From contig MU054323.1 of NCBI GenBank assembly GCA_013239625.1, forward strand, positions 6,995,220-7,059,219: 64,000 nt of DNA, in the 5' to 3' direction. The position numbers and the translations under genes are program-made. Positions within the stretch are counted from its first letter, which is position 1, and each line of letters opens with the position of its first letter. The stretch is from Lama guanicoe. Lineage: Eukaryota. The notes below the pieces were generated by a model. That model was not told where the DNA came from. It ran no database searches and saw only the letters and a list, made by a program, of their open reading frames with translations. Below are positions 12,771-26,500 of the stretch, one piece after another.

Positions 12771-15700
12771 CCCTGGAGGCTCCTGCTGCGCTCTCCAGGC
12801 AGTGTTTCTAACCTCGATGCTGCACTAAATGGCGCTAGCAGGTTAGATCGAGATTGTAAAGCATTTTAAAAGTCAGTGAAAAAGGTGCGCTTTTTTTTTT
12901 GACAGAAAAGAGGCCCTTGAAATCTTCTACTGCAAGAGAAAGCTATAACGGAACATCCCTCCTGTGGCTCCCCCCTCCTCCCTCCCACGTTACCTGATCA
13001 GCATTAGCAGGACAGACCCACTGTTCCACAAAGGCTGGTTGGGAACAAGAGGACGACGTGGACCCGGCAGGAGAATGGATGCCTGAGGTTCACGGGATTC
13101 ATTCCAAGACTCTTCTCCAAACCCTCTTTTTGTTGCCTTTGGAATGTCTCCCAGAAGCACAGTTCAGACTATTTCACTTCCTTAAAAATGTCTATGGTTT
13201 TCCTACTGCCTTCAGATTCAATTCTAAAATCCTTAGCATCCAGGATTTTCCTTGGTTGGGTCACAACCAACTTATCTCCTTTAATCTTCACAGGCCTATG
13301 ACATAAATATGATTATTACGTCCATTTTACGGATGAGAAAACAGACGAGGTTCATAACTTGCCCAAGTTTCCATAGCCGATACAGGGCACTGCTCAAGTC
13401 TACACCCACACGCCTGATCCCAGAGCGCTGTGCAATCTGACCTGCCCAGCCTCATCAGAAATCACTGGACGAGTGACACTCCATTGCTTGCCCCTCTGCT
13501 TGGATGGGGGTCAAGTTAGCACTGGACCACAGTGGGTGAATCAGGGGAAAGCAAAGCAGGAGGAGTGGGCAGGATGGAGGGAGGCTGGGCCTTTGCCTGA
13601 GGGCGTGTCTGTTCAAATCCAGAGGCATCCTCTCCAGCCTCTCTACACATGCACATGTGTGCAAACACACATACAAACATGCACAAATGCACACACACAC
13701 ACACACAGACACACACTTTTGATGGTCAGTGCCATGGGTCAAAGGAATAAATCAAAATGGTGGCATTTCAGATTTTACAAAGTAGGTAAGAGGAGAAGGT
13801 ACTCTGTAGCTCGGTGGCCTTCCAAACACCCTCCTGCCCCCGGCCACCATCTCGTATCAGAGCATATATGATTCAAAAAGCACAGCGGAGACTGTGGAGA
13901 GAGATCCCTGCCTCCTGAACACGGGGACCCCTCCCCAGCTCTGGAGTCCACTCCCTGCCTCCCTGGTGGTCCTTCCCCTTCTCTCCTGGTACTTTCCTCT
14001 CAACAGATGAAATTCCTCCCACCATAAATCAGAAATAAAGAACAACCCTTCTAAGCCCGTCATCCCTCTGGCAGCCACCTTATTTCCCTCCTTCCTTTCA
14101 AGTCATGCTTCCTGCAGAAGTTTGCAAATAGTATTCATAATGTTCACTCCAAGGTAAGGGACAACTGAGAAGGAAAAGAGAGAGTCTTTGCCCAGGATGA
14201 GGAAAGGACCTAGGGTAGAGGCAACAGTGCAAGCAAAGGCATGGAGACAGTGCATGGGAACAGTGGAGGAAGATGGAGAGCCTGAAGGGTGTCAGAAGGG
14301 AAGTCACAGCGAGGCAGGAATGGTAGGAAGGGGCCAGATCACAGAAGGCCTTGAATGCCGAGCTAAAACAGCTACGTCTGGGCTTTAGACTTCACAGCTG
14401 TTGGCAATTCACTGGAGCAAATGACGTGACCTGACCACCTACGTTCTTTCAGAGGACTGATTTGCGATAAAAGGGTGGTTCAGGAAAGGACAAGACCGTC
14501 AAGGGAAAACTGGCAGAGGGCATAAAATAATAACCACGAGAAGACACTAGTCCCGATTTAAGTAATGCTCTCCAGGGTTCACTCCAAAGAGCTCTCAGGC
14601 CCACGCATGAGGTGCCGTGCTGACTTACACTCAGATTAGAACGTGCAGGTTTGTGGTTAAGCATATCCATGTGTTTCTGCAGATAGAGATTTTTATAACT
14701 ATTAAATAACTCACGCTGGCATTGTTTTCCCTCTTGGATTCTTAAAAAAAGACGCTGTTTACTGCTCGAGTTGTGGCAGAAATAAATCAGCTACTCGCCA
14801 CACCATCCTTTTTCCAATCTTGCTGTGCCACGTGGGGGATGCCAGGCACAGCCAGGTACCTTTCTCAAAGTGTTCTATTCATTGGAATATGTGTAAGCTT
14901 TTTCAAAACCAGACCAAGAACTTGGTCCTTTGGGAAAAAAAATGACAGCTTTTCTTTTATTTCAAAATTTTCTTTTTTCACGCTATTAAAACTCATTTCA
15001 AGGAAACAGGTTCAGGGTGGGTTCGAGAAATTCTGTGCCTCACCCATCCTCCCCTCCTTGCTGCCTTTGACTTAACACGCAGTCAGCCCTGCCAGGTGGG
15101 AAGCGAGTGATGGCTCTGCTCATAGCTGAGTGAGGACCCGGAGCCCCCAGTGAAGGCTCTGTGGTTGAGATGGCTCTAACCCTTCCATTCATGGATTGCC
15201 CCACACTACCTGCCAGCTTCAGATCTGTCTGGACAGGACGGCTTATAACCCCGCTCTGCTATTTTTAGCAGCTGCCAGCGTTTAGTCAGTCTCACTGCTG
15301 GCTTGGAGCCCTCTGCTCTCTCCTCCTCCTGCTGACAGAGACTTGCTCACATCTTAGGGCAGGGCACTCCCGTCTCCCTTGCCCGCGTACCCCTCCTCTT
15401 TGTAAGTTTCACAGGGCAGGCTTTTAGGGGTCTATATTTCCTTGCTTCTCTTGATAAAAAACCTCCCTCAAGTCATGTCCATTTACTTGGATGTAGCTGG
15501 AGTCTTTTCATCTTGTTCACAATTTTGCATTAATGTAGCTGTAAGTAGGGATTTTTACATCAAGTCTAAGTTCAAATATGCCTTTAAACCAAAAAAAAAA
15601 TTGAAATAGCTTTAGAGAGAATAATATAAAGGAGGACTTAAATGTTAGTTATAAATTGATACTCATTGTTCATCTTTTTTTTTTCATCCCAGAGTCTAGC

Positions 15701-17434
15701 AGAGTGACTGGCGTAGAAAAGGCACTTAATAAGTGCTTGATGGATGAAGGAATGCTTAGGAATAAATGAATAAATTCTAAGGTGTTAGAAGCGCGGCGAT
15801 TAATTCCTCTCAAGGGTAAAACTTGTAATACAACACACAGAACTTTCTTTAGTAAGTTGTAAATGGTGGAGTTCTCAGGCCGCTCTCCTGGGGTGGGGCC
15901 AGAGATGTTTTCAGCAGTTGGGTTGCATTTTAATTGTTGGGATGATTTCTGTCTTAAGTAACCCCAAACTCAGCTCAAAATGGCTTAAACAGTAGAGAAA
16001 ATGTATCAGCTCTATAGCAAGTCTTTGGGTAGAACAGGTCTAAAGTTCTTCAGTGGCTCAAAACCATCTCTAAGGCCCCTGCTCCTTCCGTCTTCTGCCC
16101 TGCCACCCTTAGGGTATGAGTTCTGCCATCACAGGCTAACTCTCCCAACACTGGCAAGATAGTGCCACAGTCCAGCATCACATGCAGATATAATGTCATT
16201 CCACAGAAGAAAAGAAACAGTGTCCTCCCATATGTCTCTTTTCGGGAGTACAAAATTCTTTCCTGGAAATTCCCTCGAAGAATGTCCATTATGTCTTTTT
16301 GGCTACAGCAGGTCACATGCCCACTCCCAAACCAGTCCCTGGCAATAGAGCTGGCACCACGAGAGTGGCTTCAATCACTCCTGATCTACCTGGAGCCACA
16401 GTGGAGGGAGAGACACCTGGACAACATTAGGACTCTGCCAACAAGGAAGAAGGGGGAATTCTACTGGCTAGGTCATCAGCAAGACTGACTCTGGTACCCC
16501 TTGAAGGCCAACGCTCTTGTCACTTTTCTGAGGAATTTCTACAAACCTGGGAAATACTTAGATAAATTTCACCAAGAAATTATACCAAGATTAATCGGTT
16601 AATGAACAACGTATTTGGGCACTAAGGGCACCCACGCTTTTCTTTTTTTCTTACTGTCCCATTAGGCCCCTTTTCATCAGTTCAGTTGTGTCCCATGACT
16701 TTTTCCATAATCGGTTGGGAAATATAGTGACTTATAGTAGGTGCTCAATAAATGGTAGGAACTTGGATTTTATCCTATAGGCCGCATAATGTTTGAAAAG
16801 TCAGTGTTTGGGTGGAGGGGGTGTTACTCTCCAAAGTTTTCCTCTTTTCGATGGTACAGGTGCACTGGGCAGGGCCCCACATGATGCCAGACTCAGTAAG
16901 AGCTTCCGAGGCAGAGTCAAAGCTGCCCCAGAAACGCGTTGACGGAGACAGAGTTTCAGGGTGAGGTGGATCCATGAACATGGCGGGAGGCATGGAGGCA
17001 GCCCAGTGCCGCTGAGCCTTTGTGAGCTGCACACCCAGCGGAAAACCAGTTATTTAAATAGAGTCCCTCCCTGTCGTCCGGGAGGTACGAGGCTGCCCCG
17101 GCAGTAGAGGCATAGCCGAGGGCTAGAGGAAGAGAGATGAGTGAAATGAGAGAAGCCTAGACTTGCAGAAATGTCAGAGATGGGAGGAGCTCGTGGAGCA
17201 GAGGGACCTTTAAGAGGTTCATTGACAAGGCAACAGAAGCCAGGCGAAGTCAGAAGTGACCCAGGGTCACTGAGCTTTGAGTAACAGCTCTAGATTCTGA
17301 ACCCAGGACCACCTTCTCACTATAAGACACGTATTCTTTCCTACCACTCTGGTCACCTTAAGCAGGAAAGATTTAATGGACGGATGTCAGGGGACAAGAA
17401 ATTGTATGTTCTTTTAGAGCAGTCTCTTCTATGT

Positions 17435-17590
17435 CAGTGGTTCTCAAACTGTATAGGGCATCAGAGCCCTTTCGTGGGCTGTGCCCCCCCAAGTCTGGTA
17501 CATAGATCTGGGATGGGGCTCAAGAAATACTGGCATTTCTAACAAGCTCCCAGGTGACACTCAGGCTGCTGGTCCCAGCTCCCACTTTGA
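17435..17590. mobile_element. MER5A-like hAT MITE
   Basis: CAGTGGTTCTCAAACT...GCATTTCTAACAAGCTCCCAGGTGA...CCACTTTGAGAATCA. Confidence 0.7.
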
Positions 17591-20294
17591 GAATCATCAT
17601 CCTACACATTTCCTCAGTTCCTGAAGTACCCACTATTCTTTGCAAATAGCAAGTGTTCAATCCATCTTTGCTGCAATGAATCATATGCTTCAGATTTAAA
17701 AGATTATCCAAGACTTAATCATGGATGATGATGACTGGAGGCTGCTAGTCAGTTAAGTCAGGTCTTCCTACCTAATAATTTACATATGACATAAATTAGT
17801 CTGATTTCAATCAAACTCATCCCACTAAAAACATTTTACAGAACCCCAAGCCTTGCTGTATTCAGTTACCTGGCAATATGGTGGGTATGTGCTCTGGTGC
17901 AGGAGTGAAGAACTTTGGGGCATTGGATTAATTTTATCTGGTCTGTAGGGAGAATCACATGAAGTGAGTCACCTTTATGCCTCGAATAGTGAAAATGGAG
18001 TGAAAATTTTGAAAGTCTTTAGTGGCAATGTTGTTAAAGACTGTAATCAGTCAACAGAAATTAATTAATGAGTGCCTCCTGCAAGTCACTGTGAGAGATG
18101 ACACTGAGATGTAAGCCCTGCCCCAAAGGGCTGGCAATCTGTTTGAGGAGATGAGATAAAGGGAGAGGCTCTTGAGGGGTGTGAGGAAAGCTTAGATATT
18201 GGAGGATGCATAAAAGCCCTGCCCACTCCGCCCACTTTCCTGGGGTAAACCAGTGCCAAGCTGGAGTTTTCTGTATCATGGCTCATGAAAGCTTATTGGC
18301 ACATCTCTTTCCAACTTGGAATCAATCATGAAGAGTATTTAGACCGTAAAAATTGGGCAAAAGCCACAAATCAGGCCTTCCCCGCCCCCACCCTCAAAGA
18401 GCCAGTTTCCCAGCACACCAGGAACTCCTAGAGCCTGATAGAGAAGTTCAAGGTGGCTTCCAGGATGTAGCCTGAGAGGCTGTGACTTACTTGGGAAGCC
18501 TGGCATGAACTTGCACCTGCCATGGCACCAGGTAACCACAGCAGGTGGCAGATCAGATGGGGCCAGCTAGAGGGCAGTGAGACCACTGGGATGGGAGATG
18601 GCAAGTGCGCCAAAAAGACGAGAGGTACGACACCCCTCCCCAACTCTACATCTCCCCTGGGTAGTGGAAGCATTGGCATGGAGGTGGCGGGGGAGCTGGG
18701 GAATCTTGCATTTACTGAGTTTTAATCTTGAATTGATCGTGTTTTAAACCAGAAGTGACTAACTTATCTTAAGAGGCAAATTTTAAGTTTTCCTGTCCTT
18801 GGTGGAAAATGCGTGTTTGGGAGCCAAGATAACCTCCATTTTACAGGAATAAAGAATATCTTTGAACATTTGAGGACTTGAGAACTTATCACTAAAAATT
18901 TCAGACCTGTGACATCATTTGCCTTTGTAAAATGAGATGATGCCAATAATCACAATTTCATGTAGCAGGAATTTAAGGTTTTCTTTATTAAAAGAAATGA
19001 AAAGGTTCAACAATGTCTTTTATTTCTAACTTTAGGAAAAGCCTAATTCACTAATTTTTTTCTAAATTGATTTTCTTTTCCATTCTCTTCTTTTTTTTTC
19101 CCGAGGGATGGGGTGGGAATGTTGCACTAGAATTATAGGCAAGAGGTCTGGGGGTCCAGTATTTATTGCCTTTGTCAAATTTCATAAAATAAGGAAAGGT
19201 CCTTTAGGGAGGACCATAGATGTGATCTAACCAGCAGCCTCATCTAATAATGGATGAAAGAGAACCTTGGAAGGGGACCCCCTTGCCCAAGGTTGCTCTA
19301 TTAACAGAGAGATAAGCCTCTGTCCCAGGACTTCACATTTCAGCCCCACTGCTTCTGTGTCGTGGGAGAGAGTGAGTCTGTGGATTTGTAACCACACTAA
19401 GTGAGTTTGAAATTCCAGCCAGAGAGCACAGGTTGCTATGATAGCTTTTAAAAAAACTTTTAAGTGACTAAAAGCTCTTTTCCCTTTTAGTCTAAAGTTT
19501 CTACTAATGTAAAGAAGTAAGATTTAATTATAGCCCAGTGCGCCTATACTGAGAGGTCCCTACAAAGAGCTTCAGAGTGAGTCTCCCTCTCTCTCTCTCT
19601 TTCTAATCTGGTGCTATATTTAGTTTTCGGTTTCATATAACATTTTAGATGATTAAAGTAGTTGGCATTCATTGGGGAAACTCAAATAATACGACAAACA
19701 TTAGGGCAGCAGTCAAACCATTCTAATCCTATCCCCTAAAACCCACTTCCCAGACCATCACTCTGTACAGTTTGGTGGATATGAAGCAACTTTTCCTCCT
19801 GCAGAGCTGCAGTTCTAACACAAAATGCCACATGAAGCTCTGGGGTGGAGGGAAGGAGGGAGGGAAACGGCCCTTTAATAGCGTCTTTGGTTCTAACTAT
19901 GACAAAAGAGTAAGTTAGGGATGTGAAAATCACCCAGAAACAAAACCCTCAGGCTGACACGTGCTGTAAAGAGATCTGTCCATCCCCGCCCATCAGTTAT
20001 TTCTTAGATCCCAAGGGTGGATGTCCCTTGAGACATGACTCTCAAGTTGTTCTAGAGGCATCAGAGGTTCTGCAAGAGTTCAAAATCACACTTTAAAAAA
20101 CCTGTCAATAAATATACCTGAAAGTATTATATTCCATATTTTAATTCACTGTTAAGTTGTCATGTTAACTCCCTCTTGGCGTGAGCACACCTCAGAAAGA
20201 AGTTTCTTTTATTCCCAAGCACATACACAGGATTTGAACCTGTGTCATCAATGAGGAAAATTGTACCTTTGTGGTCTTTAAAAAATACAGGCCT

Positions 20295-20544
20295 GTGGGA
20301 AGGGATAACTTGGGAGTTCTAGATTTGCAGATACTAATATACATAAGATAGATGAACAAGCCTATACTGTATAGCACAGGGAACTATATTCAATATCTTG
20401 TAGTAACCTATGGTGAAAAAGAATGAAAACAAATATATGTATGTTCCTATCTGACTAAAGTATTGTGCTGTACACCAGAATCTGACACATTATAAACTGA
20501 CTATAAAAAAAATACTAAATACTAAAAAAATTTAATAATACTAA
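20295..20544 (+). mobile_element. 5'-truncated L1 3' end (artiodactyl-type)
   Basis: TATAGCACAGGGAACTATATTCAATATCTTGTAGTAACCTA... with an A-rich tail; exact 15-bp TSD AAAAAATACAGGCCT at 20280-20294 and 20545-20559, at a TT/AAAA site. Confidence 0.85.
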
Positions 20545-23534
20545 AAAAAATACAGGCCTATTTATGTCCATGGTACAAAAAACAGGTACAATATTACTTG
20601 GGAACGTCAAGCAGAATATTTTAAAATTTAGACATTCAGGCTGACAGCCCAGGTTCTAAAGTTGGACAAGCTTGGGTTTGAATAGCTTCTTATTTGGCCT
20701 TGAGCAAGTCAGTTAACCTCTCTGGGCCTCAGTTTTATCATCTGTAAAATGGGGATAACGTTAAAAGACATCCATGTTCTTAAAAGTCCTTTTGATTGTT
20801 TCTGTCACTGGGAAATTCTCTTTGGCTACCTTTCTAATATTACCTGATATTTAATAACAGTCAGTATCTAATATCTTTCTAATTATCCTTCTTTGGATCC
20901 CAGCCTCCTGCCCCATCTCATCAAGTCTTTCTTACTCTTCTTTTAGGCAGCTCCAACTCCTAGGAATCTTGTTCATTTCTTATGAAGAGCAGCTTGGCTC
21001 TGTGCCTCACCACACAAAGCCATGGTACTTCCCCTTATACGTATACTAAAATTTCACCAGGATGCTTCAGTAAACAGAGTCCCTGTCCAGCACTGCCAGC
21101 AGCACAGAGGGCCTGGCAGAAGCTCTTAACTTACCTTGAACGTGATCACTTTTTTGGGTAAGGCGCTCTCACCACCAGCATCTGTGTGCAGGAGGGAACA
21201 GTGTGGGGATTTATCATCTTCTGATCTAAATGCTGTCATCTCCCTTAGGAGGCAGAACTGCTTTGCAAGCTGCTTTTATGTGGAGTGATGTTAAAAGCTT
21301 GAACTTATACATTTATCCCAATAAAACATTACTCTTATATAAGGGCTCCATGTTGGAGTTCACTAGAAATACAGGGTTCTGTTGATAAAAAACACTTGAC
21401 AACCATTGACTTGGGGTTTTTCTATTTTCTCCCTGCTAGTCAGATCCGAGACAGCTTCTTTTGTTTTCTTTCACTTCCTTTTTGCGCCACGAAGATGCCT
21501 TCTCTCTCTTTAGTACTTACTTTGTGAATCTTTTTCTCTGAAACCAGGAGAATATTCACATCCTGATATCCAAGGCATGTGGCACCTCTCAGTTTCTCTC
21601 AGTCACAGCAGACTTTCTCTTCCCTCGTACAAATGCTTTCCTGGGCTGCATCTGCTGATTTTATAACTATCAGTAACAACTACCTATTTTACGTGCATGG
21701 AAAAATAACTTTCCTAAAGTCACAGCATCCTTTAGAACTGATCAGAATTGTAGCTGGGTGGTATCAGAGGTAGACACACTGGTTACTTAACTGAAACAAC
21801 AACTGAGATTCTAGATATTTTCCCCTCAAAATGAACACAACCTTAGCAATTGCTGTGGAAGAATATATTAATATTTAAATTATAAACATAAAACATATGT
21901 AAAGAAACCACTAAAGCAGTACTACTTCCTCCAGGTCAACATGAAAAACAACTTTGTATAATGATAATGGTTAAGTTCCCCACCCCCAATATTAATACAG
22001 CACTTTAACAACCTACACGCTCTTCAGTATGTAGTAGCAATCAGAATATTAATTGTAAAATTACATATCTTGAAGAGCAGTCAAAAATGCAAATTTGCCT
22101 CTTCAGAAATAAACTTATAGGAAAAAAGACCCTTTCTTCAAAACGTCACCAATGAAAAATAACGATAATCTAGAATATAAACTCTGCAGGGCAGGGATTT
22201 TTGTTGGTTCTGTGCTCCGTCATATCCCCAGTGCCAAGAACAGAATCTGGCACATAGAAGATGCTCAGTTAGTACATGGCACGTGATTACATTAACAATA
22301 AAGTTGGATTAGAAATTTAAGAAATCAGAAGTGTCCCTCGCAGGCAATGGATCAAATGGAAAGTAAAAAGCTAGACAATATTGTGCATGTTAAATTGACC
22401 CTGAAACAAAATGAATAAAACCCAACTTTTCATTTCTGTTTACAACTGGTTATTATTGGTTTAAAACAAAGCCAGACTTTAGGTGAGAAACACCAAATAT
22501 TTGGATATATTTTAATTTATAAAATGTCAGAATATACTTCAAGTACTGCACTAGTCTACAGACCCTAGCCTTCTCATCCTGGCTTATGATCCTCAGTGAC
22601 TATTGTTTTCTAATATTCTTTTAGTTGCGAGTAACAGAAAGTAAACTCCCACTACCTTAAGTAGAAAACAAAGGGGTGGAGATTTACTGGAAGGATTCTG
22701 GGGTGGCTGATGGGCTGAAAAACAACCTGTTCAGGTTGACCTTGGGGACTAGAAGGAAAGCCTTAGCCATCAGGACTCTGTCTCTTTCTAAACGTCTGTT
22801 TCATTCTCTCAAACTTCTTTCCATGGGATTGGAACTGAGGTTGCCAGCATCAGCAGGACACCTCCTACCTTCCTGTCCTGAGAGGAGTTTTGTTTTCCAG
22901 ATCTAGTTAGAAGGACCCCAGGGAGGGATGTCAATTGGTTCAGCCTGGATGACATTCCCATCTCATGGGCCAATCTCTGTGCCTGCAGTAGGAGTTGGCA
23001 GCTCCTCCTCAGAACATGTTAGCAGTATGGCAAGGGTAGAGCAGTGCCCCTAGAAGAGTACGGGCATTCCCATGTGATGGCGAATGTCATTCATAATGAG
23101 AACTAAAGCTCGGGTTTGAAGCCTTCGGAGACAGACCGCCTTCTCTCTGTGGGTTGGCCCTACAGGCTTTCATTTTCAGATTCTGGGCTCACAATAATCT
23201 GCTACTTAAGGATTCTGGTTGTCCAGGAATGAGCTAATTATTAAGTCATTCAGCCAAGAACTGCATTATTAAAATGAGGTAACTATAGTTTCATTTGAAT
23301 TAAAAAGTCAAACAGGATATTGGTATCTTTCTTTAAGAGATCAAAATACTTTCATCACAGTTAAGGTTAGAATAGCCTGATGGACTAATGAATAAAATTT
23401 CCTCCATTTTACCTACTAGAAATGAAAGCAAGATGTTTTATCTAAGATCTTAGTTGGTAAGGAGCTGGATTGGCTTTTAGACTAGAATGTTCTACATGAA
23501 AGACTATGTCTCAGCAAATAAATGCAGCCCACAG

Positions 23535-26500
23535 ACCAGTGTTATGTATTTGGCTTTACTTTATAAAAATACACAACTTAAATACATATGACACTCTCTA
23601 TACAAGACATAAATAACTGTTAGATTTAACATTTTCCGTTATTTCAACAGAAAGCAAATATGTAAATTACCTCGTAAGAGCAAAGCGTTTCTTTAGAGAT
23701 TCTGCATTCCAGGTCTGAGGGAAGACAGCCCGTGGGCAATCGCTGCAGGAAGCTAACCCACACCAGCCGGCTTTCCAACGAGTCATTTCACCAACACGGC
23801 CTTTATGGCTCAGCTTCAGAGGGCACTGCTGTCAGACACACTCTAACTTATTCACACCGCAAGTTAACGCTTTCACTTTCTCTAGAAATGTTTAATGGAA
23901 AAACCAATCCACAAACAGCGTATCAACTGTCTCTTACAATTGTGCTAAATACCAATCATGAGAAATAGGAGCCTCTCCTCACTTTGCAGAACTTGCAATG
24001 AAAAGTGGTTGGCTGTAATTTGTGGCTAAATTCCTTTTCAAAAGTTGGACAAAAACATTGGCGGACTCCTAGTGAGCTAGACGGAGTGTGGTATGAGAAG
24101 GGAGTGACCTTCTGGCGCCCACTGAAATTGGGCTCTTAGGGTGGGCACTGTCCCTGTCAAAGGCAACGGGCACACGGCTCCACCCTTTCCTGCTGGAGAC
24201 CGAAACTCCTCCCTCCCTTTAAGACTCTGTCACTGTTTAATGAGGAATGGCTACTTCATCACGGATTCAGAGCTTACAGGGTCTGCTCACTCGCTCCTGG
24301 CTTTCTTTCGGAAATTTAGCTGCCTTATCTATGGCTCACTTCTAACAGTGAGTTAGGTACTAGTTTATCAATATAAAGAAATATTTACCAGTTGAGAATT
24401 CAATGCAAAAGAACATACTAGAGTGAGTGTCCTGAGGTAAATGTGAGCCTTGAAGAACAGTGTGCAATCTACAGAATTATAGCAATTTACCTTGTAGCAG
24501 CATAGCATGCCCAAGTCTGGACTTCGAAGTTAAAAAAACCAAGAATGTACTTATATGAAGAAATAAAATGCCAATGCTGAAGTAAAAGAAATGTTGACAG
24601 TTGAGAATAAAAATTCAAAAGGAGGCATGAAAAGGGAACAGAGGAACAAAAGGAGGATGTCTTTTAAAGTTCTTAGGTAGGTTGGACGATTAATTTCAAA
24701 AGCCTCCAGGGATTTCTAACAAGTTTTAAAAGTGCTAAATCTTGGTGACTCAGATGCAGAAGAAACAGCTTTTCTTTAATAATAGCTATTCAAACTTTTT
24801 ATTCTTTTTTGAAAAACAAAAGATTCTCTATATAGTCTCTATAAATTTTTTTTTTTTAGCCATTGAAATTATTCTGCTGGCTGTTACTCTCACTGATGTA
24901 CTGTGAAATCCTAACTGGCTGAGGAATTTTAATTATGTTGAACTACAAAGTATATATTTGCACCAAGAATTTAAATTAATGCATAGAGGTCTATAAAATT
25001 TTGTATAAAGTTAGAACCAAAAAAACCTATTCATTGAAGATCATGCTTCATTATCTCTTAATATTCTACTCAAAGATGATGAAAATCAGAAAAATTCTAG
25101 GACCCTGAAGTTTAACTTTCTTCTTGTCTTTCCTTTACATAAATAAAGTAGTATCCTTCATATTAATAATCAAGATGTTGGGAACTGAGTCCCAAGACCT
25201 AAGAATCAAGATCAGGCTGAATTTCAACCAGTCACTCATAATGTAAGGATATGAGTGGAAGCACTGAAGAACTCTCTGCTATAACTGCTTATCTGCACAA
25301 TGGAGGTGAATGATGTGACAAATCTAGTACTTAATGCCAATAATGAAAACTGGCACGAGTTCTTATACAGGACCACATACTCAGTGAGCTGTCATATCAG
25401 TTTGTGCTGACATCACCATAAACCTTCCTCATTCATATGACTCCTAAGTTCTGTTGCAAGAATAAATCTATGTTTAATTACTTTACATATGATAAAGGCC
25501 TTAAGTAAAGTTTAGGTCCCAAAGAACTTTGGGCTGGAGTTCTGTAGGCCCAGGAGTTAGTTAAAATGAAAAGGCCAGAGGAAAATCCCACAAGAAATCA
25601 TATCTCGTATCTCAATTTATTAAAAAAAAAATTTTCAATATCACCAATTTGAAAACTCATGCTAGAAAACAATGTTTTAGTTTCCTAACAGCAAGCTCAA
25701 TGCAGCCCAAGTGCAGTCACACAAAAAGAAAGCTGCTTTGGAAAGAGAAAGATTCTGGAAGATTTCAGGGCCTTGAATTAAATAAAAGTGGTTTTTCTTC
25801 TCAGGTTGTAAGGGAAATGCTACTTCAGTATGGGACAGCTGTTTAAAATTCACAGATAGTAATGTTTTATATACTTTAAAGCGCCATCAGTGCAGGGTGG
25901 TCACAGCTAAAAATCCGAGCAGTGACATGAGAGTGACAGGGTCATGAGCCCCGCAGTGAGACTGGTTCTGTAAGCTCTGGAAGAAAGGCTGGTCCTAACA
26001 CCTGATCTTCATCCATCCCTTGGATACTGAGGAAGACACTATGGCAAGAGAATGTATTTCTCTATGTAAAATCAATTTTCATAATCTGTAGCTTAAAATA
26101 TTACTAATCAGAAATTTGGAACCCAAGCAGAAGAAACAGATTCCTCCCACACAGCCTTACGGTCTCTCTGTCCATCATCCAAAGGATCCACACTTGTCTC
26201 TGGTCAACCAGGCCCAGGTCAAGGCTGCGTCGGGGGATGGAGGGGGCAGCAGCCAGAAGCCAGGGATTCAAGAAGAGAGAAATGATGGCAGGTGTGGTGA
26301 TATCAAAAACAAGACAGGAAGAGAAGAGGGAAGAAAGAGGCAACTAATACTGGGGAGGAAGTGAAGAGGAGGCCCAGCTTGTTGAGAAGCACCCCTGCCT
26401 TTCCCACCTGTTTTGGCAAATGATGCAGAAACAAGAAGAGGCATAAGCCCCCTATGGGGGCTCTCCTAGGACATCAGACATGCCCGAGACAGGCCGGCCG

